Source: Candidatus Latescibacterota bacterium
Lineage (GTDB): Bacteria > Latescibacterota > UBA2968 > UBA8231
Assembly (NCBI GenBank): GCA_965261395.1
Contig: OZ253462.1
Span: 896,001-960,000 of the forward strand
Reading direction: 5' to 3'
DNA: 64,000 nucleotides
Shown here in pieces: positions 11,829 to 23,233 of this stretch. A program made the translations under genes and the position numbers. The notes below the pieces were generated by a model, which was not told where the DNA came from, made no database searches, and saw only the letters and a program-made list of their open reading frames with translations. Numbering within the stretch: the stretch's first letter is position 1; each line of letters begins with the position of its first letter.

Positions 11829-11996
11829 TTTTCCACACCCTCACGAGCAAGTTTTCCACATCATACCTTATAGACTCTACTCAATACCTCCCCTAAATCG
11901 CAACCTATCTATTGGCTAAAATTAAACATATAAGCCTAAAAAAGGGCCTGACTCCTGTGGTTTCTTCTTATTGTGCATGTGGATAAGTGTGGGTAA
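11829..11996. promoter_or_regulatory. DnaA-box cluster outside oriC
   Basis: TTTTCCACA at 11829 and 11852, perfect TGTGGATAA at 11978, TGTGGGTAA at 11988 in an AT-rich intergenic region. Confidence 0.65.
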
Positions 11997-12049
11997 AACT
12001 TCTCTCGCAATGCCCAATTACTTTGGACCTACGAGACCCTGCTGAGCTA

Positions 12050-12673
12050 TCAGTGATAGCAATTAGTGGCGTGAAATAGCCCCAATGTACTCCCGACTCG
12101 ATCCGCCCTCCATGCCAGCAACCCCGAATCGACAGCATCTTCTCCAAGCGTTGAAAGAATCCAGCCGTGGGGAGACAAATGTCTTTGTACTAGATTAATC
12201 AGTTTCTCTGGAGGAGCCACTGCTCTCGCAGTGACCAAATCAGCTCCTACAGGACTCAAATTTTCTATCCGCTCGTTTACAACTTCGATGCGATCAAGCC
12301 CCACGGACCTTACAACCTCCTTGAGAAAGTGCGCCCGCTTCCTCCTGCTTTCGACGAGAATAAAGTATGAATCGGGAAGAGCGATCTTCAATGGAATGGC
12401 CGGAAATCCAGCTCCAGATCCTATATCCAGAATCAGCCGACGAGAGACACTTGCTACAACCGGAACCATAGTCAACGCCTGTCCCAAGTGCTTTGTTGCT
12501 ACGAAGGACAAGTCTCGCCGAGAGACCAAGTTTATTCTTCTCGACCACTGACTCAAGAGATATAGATATATTTCCAGCTTAGGCCAAGCATCCTCAAAGG
12601 AACAAGATATATCTCTTTTTCTTTTTACCCGCTCAAAGTCCTCACTAATCTCGGATGGTAGTTGGATTACCAT
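12050..12673 (-). CDS. rsmG: 16S rRNA m7G527 methyltransferase
   Basis: WSRRINLVS, LDIGSGAGFPAIPL, LVESRRKR, VTARAVA; origin-proximal location. Confidence 0.93.
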   Translation of the reverse strand: MVIQLPSEISEDFERVKRKRDISCSFEDAWPKLEIYLYLLSQWSRRINLVSRRDLSFVATKHLGQALTMVPVVASVSRRLILDIGSGAGFPAIPLKIALPDSYFILVESRRKRAHFLKEVVRSVGLDRIEVVNERIENLSPVGADLVTARAVAPPEKLINLVQRHLSPHGWILSTLGEDAVDSGLLAWRADRVGSTLGLFHATNCYH

Positions 12674-12682
12674 ATCAAATAA

Positions 12683-12698
12683 TGTTCCACGTGGAACA
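12683..12698. promoter_or_regulatory. parS centromere site 1
   Basis: TGTTCCACGTGGAACA, perfect 16-bp palindrome matching the bacterial parS consensus. Confidence 0.92.
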
Positions 12699-12751
12699 CT
12701 CGCGCAATTCTCAATGCGACACGGAGATTGTCATGGAGCATCGGCAAATAA

Positions 12752-12767
12752 TGTTCCACGTGGAACA
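12752..12767. promoter_or_regulatory. parS centromere site 2 (centre of a 44-bp palindrome, 12738-12781)
   Basis: TGTTCCACGTGGAACA. Confidence 0.92.
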
Positions 12768-14129
12768 TTATTTGCCGATGCAAAATTGGGAGAAAATGGA
12801 ATCAAGTACTTCATCCTCTATTGTCTCTCCCAACATCTCTCCTAGGGTATTCAAGGCGTCTTGAAGTTCGGCCACGACGCACTCATCGGGCTGGCTGTAC
12901 CTCAGTAACTCCTCTGCTACAGCACCAGATTTAGCTACTCGCAAGAGACAATCTTGGTGGCGTTGACGGTTGATCCCGATTCCATCTATCTCTCCTCCAT
13001 GGGGCAATTGGGCTGTCACTTCCCTCTTTAACTCTTCAATACCGAACTCCCTAAGTGCTGATATTTCAACGAATACCGAGGCCCGTGCTTCAATTTTAGA
13101 CCGATTACTAATGCCTAGCAAATCAACCTTGTTGAAGACAGCAATTGACTTCTTATCAGCCGGAAGCAGGTCCAACACAGCCATATCGTCCTCACACAAC
13201 TCAGTCGAACCGTCGAATACAGCTAAAACCACATCCGCTTCCCCAACCACCTGCGACGCTCGTTCAATCCCCTCTTTTTCGATTAGGTTGCGACTCTGCC
13301 TAATCCCGGCCGTATCGACCAGCCGTACCGTCTCTCCTGCCCATGTGGTCCGACCTTCCACTAAGTCTCGAGTCGTTCCTGGTAAAGGGGAGACTATTGC
13401 TCGGTCTTCACCGAGCAACACGTTGAGCAATGTGGACTTACCTACGTTGGGACGCCCAATGAGCACTACTAAATATCCCTCTTGACGGCGCCTTGTCCCC
13501 TCGAATGTTTCGGCAAGCCGCAAAGAGGACTCAACTACCTCGTGCAGCACGATCTGTATCTCTTGACGCCCAATATCATTGATGTCTTCGTCGGAAAAAT
13601 CGAGCCCGATCTCGAGCAGTGATAACATCTTAACCAACTGCTTCTTAAGCTCTCTTACCATCTTAGATAGACGACCACTGGCCAAGCCATAGGCATTATC
13701 GAGATGCGCTTTAGAACTGGCCTGGATGAGGTCGATTACAGCCTCAGCTTCTAATAAGTCCAACCGGCCATTGAGAAAGGCTCGACGGGTAAACTCACCT
13801 GGGGCGGCGGCGGCGGCACCCAAGCTAATCGCTTCCTCGACGACAGACTCTAATACGACTGCACTGCCGTGGCAGCTAATCTCGACTGTATCTTCACCGG
13901 TATAAGAATGAGGAGCCGCAAAGACCCAAGCGACTCCGGTGTCGATTTCTCGACCGCCAGCCCATATACGACCATATTCGACGTGTCGGACTCTCTGACC
14001 GAGTGATGGACGGGACCGAAAAATCTGCTGGCTAATAGACAGGGCTTCAGGCCCACTCAAACGCACTATCCCAATTCCCCCCTCCCCCCGTGGCGTAGAG
14101 ATCGCGACAACAGTATCGGTCTGTATCAA
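12768..14129 (-). CDS. mnmE: tRNA modification GTPase MnmE
   Basis: DTVVAISTP, GEFTRRAFLNGRLDL, GRPNVGKS, DTAG, NKVD, C-terminal FCIGK; TTG start at 14129 assumed. Confidence 0.96.
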   Translation of the reverse strand: MIQTDTVVAISTPRGEGGIGIVRLSGPEALSISQQIFRSRPSLGQRVRHVEYGRIWAGGREIDTGVAWVFAAPHSYTGEDTVEISCHGSAVVLESVVEEAISLGAAAAAPGEFTRRAFLNGRLDLLEAEAVIDLIQASSKAHLDNAYGLASGRLSKMVRELKKQLVKMLSLLEIGLDFSDEDINDIGRQEIQIVLHEVVESSLRLAETFEGTRRRQEGYLVVLIGRPNVGKSTLLNVLLGEDRAIVSPLPGTTRDLVEGRTTWAGETVRLVDTAGIRQSRNLIEKEGIERASQVVGEADVVLAVFDGSTELCEDDMAVLDLLPADKKSIAVFNKVDLLGISNRSKIEARASVFVEISALREFGIEELKREVTAQLPHGGEIDGIGINRQRHQDCLLRVAKSGAVAEELLRYSQPDECVVAELQDALNTLGEMLGETIEDEVLDSIFSQFCIGK

Positions 14130-14151
14130 GGAATCGAGATCCGGCTGAAAT

Positions 14152-15864
14152 TCAAGTGCTGGAAGGAGCGGCTTTTTTCTTAAAATGATTGACCAATAGC
14201 TGCTGGCCAATGGTCAAGACATTGAAGATAGTCCAGTAGAGCACTAATCCCGATGACATGCTCCAAAAAATAAAAATCATCACTGCTGGCATCATGTAAA
14301 CCAGAACGGCCTGCTTGGGATCCTTCATAGTCATCTTCTGTTGGATGAGCATGGAGACCGCCATTAACAATGGCAGAACATGAAGACCGAAACCGCCGAT
14401 TAGCAACTCGTCAGGAAGGGAAAGATCTTGTATCCAAAGAGTGAAGGGTGCTTGGCGCAACTCGATTGTTTTGCCAAAAAGATTGTACAGCGAAATGAAA
14501 ATGGGCATCTGCAACAATAGAGGCAGACAGCCCCCGAGAGGATTGACGCCTTCTTCCTTATAGAGCTTCATGGTCTCTCGGCTCAGGCGTTGGTTGTCGT
14601 TTTTGTACTTCTCGCGTAGTGCGGAAATTTTCGGCTGAACCGCCTGCATTTTCGCCGCAGACTCATAGGTTTTGTGCGTGAGCGGATAGACGATAATTTT
14701 GATGACAACGGCGAAAAGGACAATGATCCAACCATAGTTGGGGATATATTGATGGGTCGCTATGAATAGAATGAGTAGAAAGCGGCTTATCTGACTTATG
14801 ATCGGCCACCCGAAATCAATGGCCTGCTCTAGTTCAGCCTCATAGCCGATGAGCTCGTCGTAGTTGAGTGGGCCGAGATAAATGGTGTTATGCCAAGAAT
14901 CAGACCGTTCGAGCCGCCGACCTAGCTGAAAAGAATAGTCGGGTCGCAATTGCGACCCTTGGTGATTGCCCTGCAAGACGACGCGGGAACGCTGCTCGCT
15001 ATCGACGGGGACGCAGGAAATCAAGAAGTACTTGTTGCGAATACCCGCCCATTTTAGTAATCCTTTGTCCTCCAATTCGTCCGATTCCCCATCGTCCACC
15101 TTGAGTTCGACCCGTTCTTCGTTGATATAGGCAAAAGCCCGCATTTCAGGTAGGTCGATTTCCGGCTCGCGCTCGGTAAACGCTATGCCATTTTGCCAAG
15201 TGAGTATGGCTTCGGTATCATCGTCAAACCCCTCGTGACGCACCTGGAGATCGAAGCCATAGCGGTTCCCATTAAAGGTCAATACCTTTTCCAGTCTCCT
15301 GCCCCCCCCGAGTCGGGCCACCATAATCAAGGAGCGCTCTTCACCAGCTCCTATCTGTAGACTCGACTGATTGGCAACAAACTCCGCCGAGGAGATATCC
15401 TCCCTGTAGTTTGCTCTTTGTAGATGGATGCCCAAGCCGCTGCCGGCTGGAGGCAGCAGTTCGATAGTACTTCCATTTACATCTCTGTATTTTAATAGTT
15501 TACACGATGTAATAGTGCCGCCCTTTGTAGAGATAACAAAGCTTTGAAGCGGAGTTTGTACTACAATTTCTTCCGAGATAAAGGACGGACTTTCGGCCGA
15601 TTCGACCCTTTCAATGCCCTGAGACCTTACGGGTGCTGGCCCTTCCGTATGGAGCTGTTCCGCAGGTTCGGGATCTCGTATGGGCTCGGCTTCAAATTGC
15701 TCTTCAGCAACAGAGTCCGTTTCAGGGCTCGGCTTTTGCGGCATGGATTCCTGAGACGGAGACTCGGGCTTAGGATTTAGCCCCATCCAATCATTATAAT
15801 AGGGAAGCAAAAGGAAAATCAAGCCGATGACGAGAAAGGCCAACAGGGTCCGCTTATCTTCCAT
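14152..15864 (-). CDS. yidC: Membrane protein insertase YidC
   Basis: N-terminal TM, periplasmic domain, NYGWIIV, GVNPLGGCLPLLLQMPIF, GLVLYW. Confidence 0.96.
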   Translation of the reverse strand: MEDKRTLLAFLVIGLIFLLLPYYNDWMGLNPKPESPSQESMPQKPSPETDSVAEEQFEAEPIRDPEPAEQLHTEGPAPVRSQGIERVESAESPSFISEEIVVQTPLQSFVISTKGGTITSCKLLKYRDVNGSTIELLPPAGSGLGIHLQRANYREDISSAEFVANQSSLQIGAGEERSLIMVARLGGGRRLEKVLTFNGNRYGFDLQVRHEGFDDDTEAILTWQNGIAFTEREPEIDLPEMRAFAYINEERVELKVDDGESDELEDKGLLKWAGIRNKYFLISCVPVDSEQRSRVVLQGNHQGSQLRPDYSFQLGRRLERSDSWHNTIYLGPLNYDELIGYEAELEQAIDFGWPIISQISRFLLILFIATHQYIPNYGWIIVLFAVVIKIIVYPLTHKTYESAAKMQAVQPKISALREKYKNDNQRLSRETMKLYKEEGVNPLGGCLPLLLQMPIFISLYNLFGKTIELRQAPFTLWIQDLSLPDELLIGGFGLHVLPLLMAVSMLIQQKMTMKDPKQAVLVYMMPAVMIFIFWSMSSGLVLYWTIFNVLTIGQQLLVNHFKKKAAPSST

Positions 15865-15909
15865 AGGTTTTACTTACCCTTTTATAAACAACGTGTTATT
15901 AACATGCTA

Positions 15910-16119
15910 CTAGCGCAAAGGATCGTACCCATGCCTTCCCCAAGGATGGCAACGACTAATCCGCTTTAGCGCAAGCATCAAGCCTTTGAGTGTCCCGTAC
16001 TTATCTAGTGCTTCTTCGGCATATTGGGAACAAGTAGGTTGATAACGACAGGATGGAGGAAGATATGGAGACAGGAGAAGACGGTAGGCTCGGACGAGGA
16101 AAATGACGATTTGCTTCAT
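15910..16119 (-). CDS. yidD: Membrane protein insertion efficiency factor YidD
   Basis: CRYQPTCSQYA, RISRCHPW, GYDP. Confidence 0.95.
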   Translation of the reverse strand: MKQIVIFLVRAYRLLLSPYLPPSCRYQPTCSQYAEEALDKYGTLKGLMLALKRISRCHPWGRHGYDPLR

Positions 16120-16376
16120 AGTGGGACGAGATTTGCTACCAAGGAGTCCAGTTCCCTTTCCAAGTCAGCAAAGGGAGCTTCAACGGCTGACGGTTGGCAG
16201 AAAACGACCAGATTGCGAGGAAAGTACGGATGGCCGCGGCAAATGCTGCGCAGGCACCGCTTGAGTCGGTTGCGCTTTACAGCATTGCCCAGCTTGCGGC
16301 GGACGACAAATATTTGACCACGATCTTCCCGACCGCAGCGGATCCAAAAGCAACGGCCTCTAACCCAAGCCATCAA
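16116..16376 (-). CDS. rnpA: Ribonuclease P protein component (short, divergent)
   Basis: RNR motif KLGNAVKRNRLKR; position between rpmH and yidD. Confidence 0.85.
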   Translation of the reverse strand: MMAWVRGRCFWIRCGREDRGQIFVVRRKLGNAVKRNRLKRCLRSICRGHPYFPRNLVVFCQPSAVEAPFADLERELDSLVANLVPL

Positions 16377-16379
16377 ACG

Positions 16380-16514
16380 CTAGACTGCTAGCTGCTTGCG
16401 GCCCTTCCGACGACGACGATTGATGATATTGCGACCAGCCGGAGTGCTCATGCGCTTGCGAAAGCCATGCTTGTTGCGGCGGCGCCTGTTGCTGGGTTGA
16501 AATGTGCGTTTCAA
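16380..16514 (-). CDS. rpmH: 50S ribosomal protein L34 (absent from the ORF track)
   Basis: Hand translation from TTG at 16514: [44 protein letters not shown]. Confidence 0.97.
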   Translation of the reverse strand: MKRTFQPSNRRRRNKHGFRKRMSTPAGRNIINRRRRKGRKQLAV

Positions 16515-16562
16515 AAAGCCTCATCTCATGTTAGGTTTGCAGAGCATGCGCAGAAATAGCCC

Positions 16563-16591
16563 AATTTAGTGGCTATTCTAATTAGTGTCAA
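16563..16591 (-). promoter_or_regulatory. Sigma70-type promoter of the rpmH operon
   Basis: Minus strand TTGACA-17 nt-TAAATT. Confidence 0.7.
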
Positions 16592-16645
16592 TACCTTAAC
16601 TCTTTGAACGCTAACGAATTTCAACGGCAACCCCGAGAGAGACTC

Positions 16646-16674
16646 TTGACTGCCATACGCCTTCTTTATAGGTT
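16646..16674 (+). promoter_or_regulatory. Sigma70-type promoter of dnaA
   Basis: TTGACT-17 nt-TAGGTT, ending 6 nt before the dnaA ATG. Confidence 0.55.
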
Positions 16675-16680
16675 GAAAAA

Positions 16681-18075
16681 ATGGCACTGAAAATACAAGA
16701 TCCCCAAGAACTATGGGCTCAATGTTTGCTCAATATCGAGCGTCAGGTTCGTCCTCAGAGTTTTGCTAATTGGTTTCTCCAGACTTCAGTAAACCACTTC
16801 GACGAAGACTCGTTGGTTATCCAAGTTCCCAGTGCATTTTCTGCCGCTTGGGTAGAGGAGCACTACTTGAAGATGATCCAATCAGTAGTGCGGGAAGAGA
16901 CGGCGCTTACTCCAAAGATCTCCTTTATCGTTGCACAAGCACCTCAACCAATTCTCGATCCAGTGATCCCTATTAAGCAGGGTCTATCTGCGAACGAAGG
17001 AGAACCCCCAGAAGATGAACAAAAAGAAATAGAAGCCGGCTCTGCCCAAACATCGCTCAACAAGCGCTATACCTTTGAAGAATTCATCGTTGGTGATAAC
17101 AATCGATTTGCCCATGCAACAGCATTGGCCGTAGCCAATGCCCCGGGTAAGACGCAATTTAATCCCCTCGTGATCTATGGAGGCGTAGGGCTAGGTAAAA
17201 CGCATCTGCTCCAAGCGATTGGGCATCACGCCTATAACCTCAACCTCGCCGAGAAAGTCGTTTACGTCCCCTCGGAAAAGTTTATGAGCGATTTCATCAA
17301 CTCGCTCCGAGACCGCAATACTAGTGAATTTCAGAACTTTTATCGCAGTGTGGACATCCTCCTCGTCGACGACATCCAGTTTATGCTCCGCGGCGAACAG
17401 ACCCAAAATGAGTTCTTTCACACCTTTAATGCCTTGCATCAGTCCGAGAAGCAGATTGTCATGACCTGCGACAGTGCTCCCGGCCATCTTTATGGATTAG
17501 AAGAAAGGCTGAAATCCCGCTTCATATGGGGGCTGGCTACCGCAATAGATCTGCCCGAACTCGAGACCCGGATTGCCATCCTTCACAAGAAGGCCGAGCG
17601 CAACGGCATGCGGATTCCCGATGATGTGGCAGCCCTGTTGGGCAATCATATCCGATCGAATGTACGCGAACTCGAAGGTACTTTGATTAGCTTGATGGCC
17701 TACTGCTCAATCCATAAGAAGGAACTCGACATAGAGGCGGCCAAGCATATTATACAAGAAAAGGGCCCTAGCCTAGCGGAACTGAGCATTGAATCGATCC
17801 AACAGCACGTCGCCGACCACTTCAATCTGACACAGGGGCAGCTCACCGGAAAAGGACGCACGCAAGACGTTGTAGCAGCACGGCACCTTGCTATGTTCCT
17901 AGTCAAGCGTCTGATCGGCAGTCCTTTCACTACCATCGGCCTACACTTCGGCAACCGTGACCACAGCTCAATCATCCACGCTGTACGCACTATTGAGAAG
18001 AAGTGTAAAAACGATCCCGCCTTCGCCAAACTAGCTGAGGATTTGTCCAATACCATCCGTCGGCAAAACCACTAA
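16681..18075 (+). CDS. dnaA: Chromosomal replication initiator DnaA
   Basis: YTFEEFIVG, GGVGLGKTHL, LLVDDIQF, NVRELEG, RDHSSIIHA. Confidence 0.98.
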   Translation: MALKIQDPQELWAQCLLNIERQVRPQSFANWFLQTSVNHFDEDSLVIQVPSAFSAAWVEEHYLKMIQSVVREETALTPKISFIVAQAPQPILDPVIPIKQGLSANEGEPPEDEQKEIEAGSAQTSLNKRYTFEEFIVGDNNRFAHATALAVANAPGKTQFNPLVIYGGVGLGKTHLLQAIGHHAYNLNLAEKVVYVPSEKFMSDFINSLRDRNTSEFQNFYRSVDILLVDDIQFMLRGEQTQNEFFHTFNALHQSEKQIVMTCDSAPGHLYGLEERLKSRFIWGLATAIDLPELETRIAILHKKAERNGMRIPDDVAALLGNHIRSNVRELEGTLISLMAYCSIHKKELDIEAAKHIIQEKGPSLAELSIESIQQHVADHFNLTQGQLTGKGRTQDVVAARHLAMFLVKRLIGSPFTTIGLHFGNRDHSSIIHAVRTIEKKCKNDPAFAKLAEDLSNTIRRQNH

Positions 18076-18639
18076 GCCCCAAGTTCAACCCCCATCTCTT
18101 AGGCCTCTTAGTCTGTATTTTTCAGTACCATGGTGCCTATTTGGCAGTGGAAAACTATTAACACCTGTCCCGCCTAAGTATTGATTCGGTGTGGATAAGT
18201 CTGTGAAAAAAAGAAAAAAATCTTTTTCAACCTTTTGTCTGTGAAAAATTCGAGTTTTCCACTCCACAATCCACAGATTAGCTCTTGTTGCCAAGTCGCC
18301 CCTCTTATTTATAAACATCTTATTAACAATATGTTCCGTTGTTTGTAGATTTAGCTCTAAGACAGTTATCCACATATCCACGGCACAACTAGAACTTCAA
18401 AAATAAAAGAACACAAAGAAGTGTAGTATTATTAGAAGCACGGATGTGGATTTCTATTTTCCCAGAATACACATCTTTCTAATTTTTTTATATACACATA
18501 CACATATGTTCCATCTTTTGCTAAATATGGGACACTATATATATAGAATTTGACATGGGTGGGCATAGAAGTTAACTTTGGTCTAAGTGTTTTAAGAACA
18601 AATGTTTTTCAGAAGTCAGAAGGATAACCGAGAAGCTGT
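18076..18639. other. Replication origin oriC
   Basis: AT-rich dnaA-dnaN intergenic region; perfect DnaA boxes TGTGGATAA (18190) and TTATCCACA (18366), many 1-2 mismatch boxes, DnaA-trio-like repeats; gene orientation flips at rpmH/dnaA. Confidence 0.9.
18550..18578 (+). promoter_or_regulatory. Sigma70-type promoter of dnaN
   Basis: TTGACA-17 nt-TAACTT. Confidence 0.6.
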
Positions 18640-19803
18640 ATGAAGTTGAGAGTAGATCGCAATGAGTTGTGGAAGGGCATTGATACTGTATTAGAAGCCG
18701 TGTCTTCAAAGCCCTCCCTGCCGGTGTTGGCTAATATCCTGCTTGAAGCCGATGAAAAAACCCTATCTCTATCTGCGACGGATTTAGATTTGTCCATCCG
18801 GACTCAAGTCCCTGCTATAGTAGAAGAGGAAGGGATGACGACTGTTTCGGCGCGCAAGCTGGCAGAAATCACCCGAGAATGGCCTGAGGCGGAACTGAGT
18901 ATTGAGGTGCAGGACGAGCGACTCAAGCTCTCAGGGCGGCTCGGGGACGCCGAAAGAAGCGAAGGAGCCTATAGCCTGTCGGGAATAGAGGCTGAAGAAT
19001 TTCCCAATATGCCGACAGCACTTGACGGCGTAAGCCTGAGCTTGGGCGAGGACGAAGCCGAGACCCATGTTCTGGTAGGCATGATCAATAAGACGGCCTT
19101 TGCCGTCTCCGGGGATGATACGCGACCCGTATTCAACGGGGTACTCTGGCGCATCGATGCCCAAGGAATGGTGATGGTGGCTACCGACGGGTCGCGCTTA
19201 GCCTGTTACAGATTGGCCATAGATTTGCAGGATCAGGTACAGGGCGACCAAGAAACTGCGGTCATCGTCCCCCCCAAAGCGTTGATCCAAATCGTCAAAT
19301 TGCTGGGTAGCCATAAAGGTCCAGTCAAGATCACGCTAGGCGAGACGCAGATACTGTTTGATATAGGACATACGCACTTGCTGTCGCGTCTGATTGAGGG
19401 ACCTTATGTCAACTATTCCCAAGTCATTCCTCAAAACAACCAAAAAGAACTAAGAATAACTAGAGAAGCTCTTCTGCCGGCCGTACGCCGGGTATCTATC
19501 CTCTCCAGTTCCTATACGCGTCAAGTGCGTTTTAAGCTAAACAGTGGCCAGGTGGAGCTATCAGCCGCCAGCCCCGAAATCGGTGGCGAAGCGAGGGAGG
19601 TCGTGCCGGCCCAATACGACTCTGAAGAGATAGAGGTTGGCTACAACGCCCAATATCTGATGGAGATCCTGCGCAGAATGGACGCGCCCGAGGTCTGTTT
19701 CCAGCTCAATGACCACGTCACAGCAGCCCTGTTGCGGCCGACGGAACAAAAGGAAGGCGAGGACTACTTCTGCTTGCTAATGCCCTTGCGGCCGACAGGA
19801 TGA
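18640..19803 (+). CDS. dnaN: DNA polymerase III beta clamp
   Basis: PVLANILL, ATDLDL, TRPVFNG, VATDGSRLA, SRLIEG, LLMPLR. Confidence 0.97.
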   Translation: MKLRVDRNELWKGIDTVLEAVSSKPSLPVLANILLEADEKTLSLSATDLDLSIRTQVPAIVEEEGMTTVSARKLAEITREWPEAELSIEVQDERLKLSGRLGDAERSEGAYSLSGIEAEEFPNMPTALDGVSLSLGEDEAETHVLVGMINKTAFAVSGDDTRPVFNGVLWRIDAQGMVMVATDGSRLACYRLAIDLQDQVQGDQETAVIVPPKALIQIVKLLGSHKGPVKITLGETQILFDIGHTHLLSRLIEGPYVNYSQVIPQNNQKELRITREALLPAVRRVSILSSSYTRQVRFKLNSGQVELSAASPEIGGEAREVVPAQYDSEEIEVGYNAQYLMEILRRMDAPEVCFQLNDHVTAALLRPTEQKEGEDYFCLLMPLRPTG

Positions 19804-20859
19804 GGTAAGCAGGCCTAGTGCGGATCCGTGAATTAACGCTGAGACCCTTCCGCAATTTTGCCGCGATTCGCTTGAGCTTTGCAGCAGATCACGTGCTGAT
19901 TTTTGGTCCAAACGGCCGCGGTAAAAGCAATATCATAGAAGCGATTTCCTACCTATCTATCGGTAAGTCAGTGCGCGGGGCCAAGGATCAACACGTCGTG
20001 CCGCACGGCGAGGACTTTTTTGATATCCGGGCCTTGTGTACTGACGGTCGCCACGACCAGCAATTACGCGTCTTTTACAGTAAGAAAGAAGGCAAGAAGG
20101 CATTTGCTGATGCCAGTCCCTTGCCCCGAGTATCGGAGTTACTAGGCACCTTCCGCACCGTTCACTTCTCTCCTGAAGACGTATCGCTGGTACTGCGCTT
20201 CCCGGCCCAGCGAAGGCGGCTCCTCGACATACTTATCTCGCAGTCTAGCGCAGCATACTTGCGATATATGCAGCGCTATTACCGAGTGTTAGCCCAGAGA
20301 AACCACTTGTTGCGCACCGCAAAAAAGTCGAGGCACGGGCTTGTCGATAGTCAAGTAATGGAACCGTGGAATGCCCAGCTAGTAGATTTGGGTGCCCAAC
20401 TCCGACTCCATCGCTTGGACGCGCTGAATACGTTGAGGGCGCCCTTTGTCCGCTACTACGGTCGCTTTGTCTTGGCGGGCGAAGAGGCAGCCGTTGTCTA
20501 TCAAGGAGCCAAGGAGCAGGATCTGGAGGCCCTTAGAGCCGAATTGTGCGAAGCACTTAGTCGCCGCAGGGAACAGGAGGCTCAAATAGGATATACGCTC
20601 TGTGGGCCACATCGAGACGATTTGAAATTCACGTTGAACAAAGAACAGGCCGACCTCTATGCTTCCGAGGGGCAGCTAAGAACCGTCCTCATATCTTGGA
20701 AGCTGGCTGAGGCCTGCTACATGGAGGAGCAAACCGGTCGGCAGCCCGTACTGCTCTTAGATGATGCCTTTTCAGAGTTGGACTCTGGCCGGACAGGAGA
20801 ATTATTGGACATCGTTGGTGAATTTGAACAGGTCATAGCGACGACCCCCCAAGAGCCTG

Positions 20860-23210
<2,351 letters not shown>

Positions 23211-23233
23211 ACAACAAAGCTAGGATTTAATTA

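Noticed and set aside
12655-12864. 69-aa ORF with repeated QIMFHVEH
   Set aside because: The repeat is the translation of the two parS sites; the ORF is antisense to mnmE
18085-18381. 98-aa ORF in the dnaA-dnaN gap
   Set aside because: Lies within oriC; its MWIT/LWI/LST words are translated DnaA boxes
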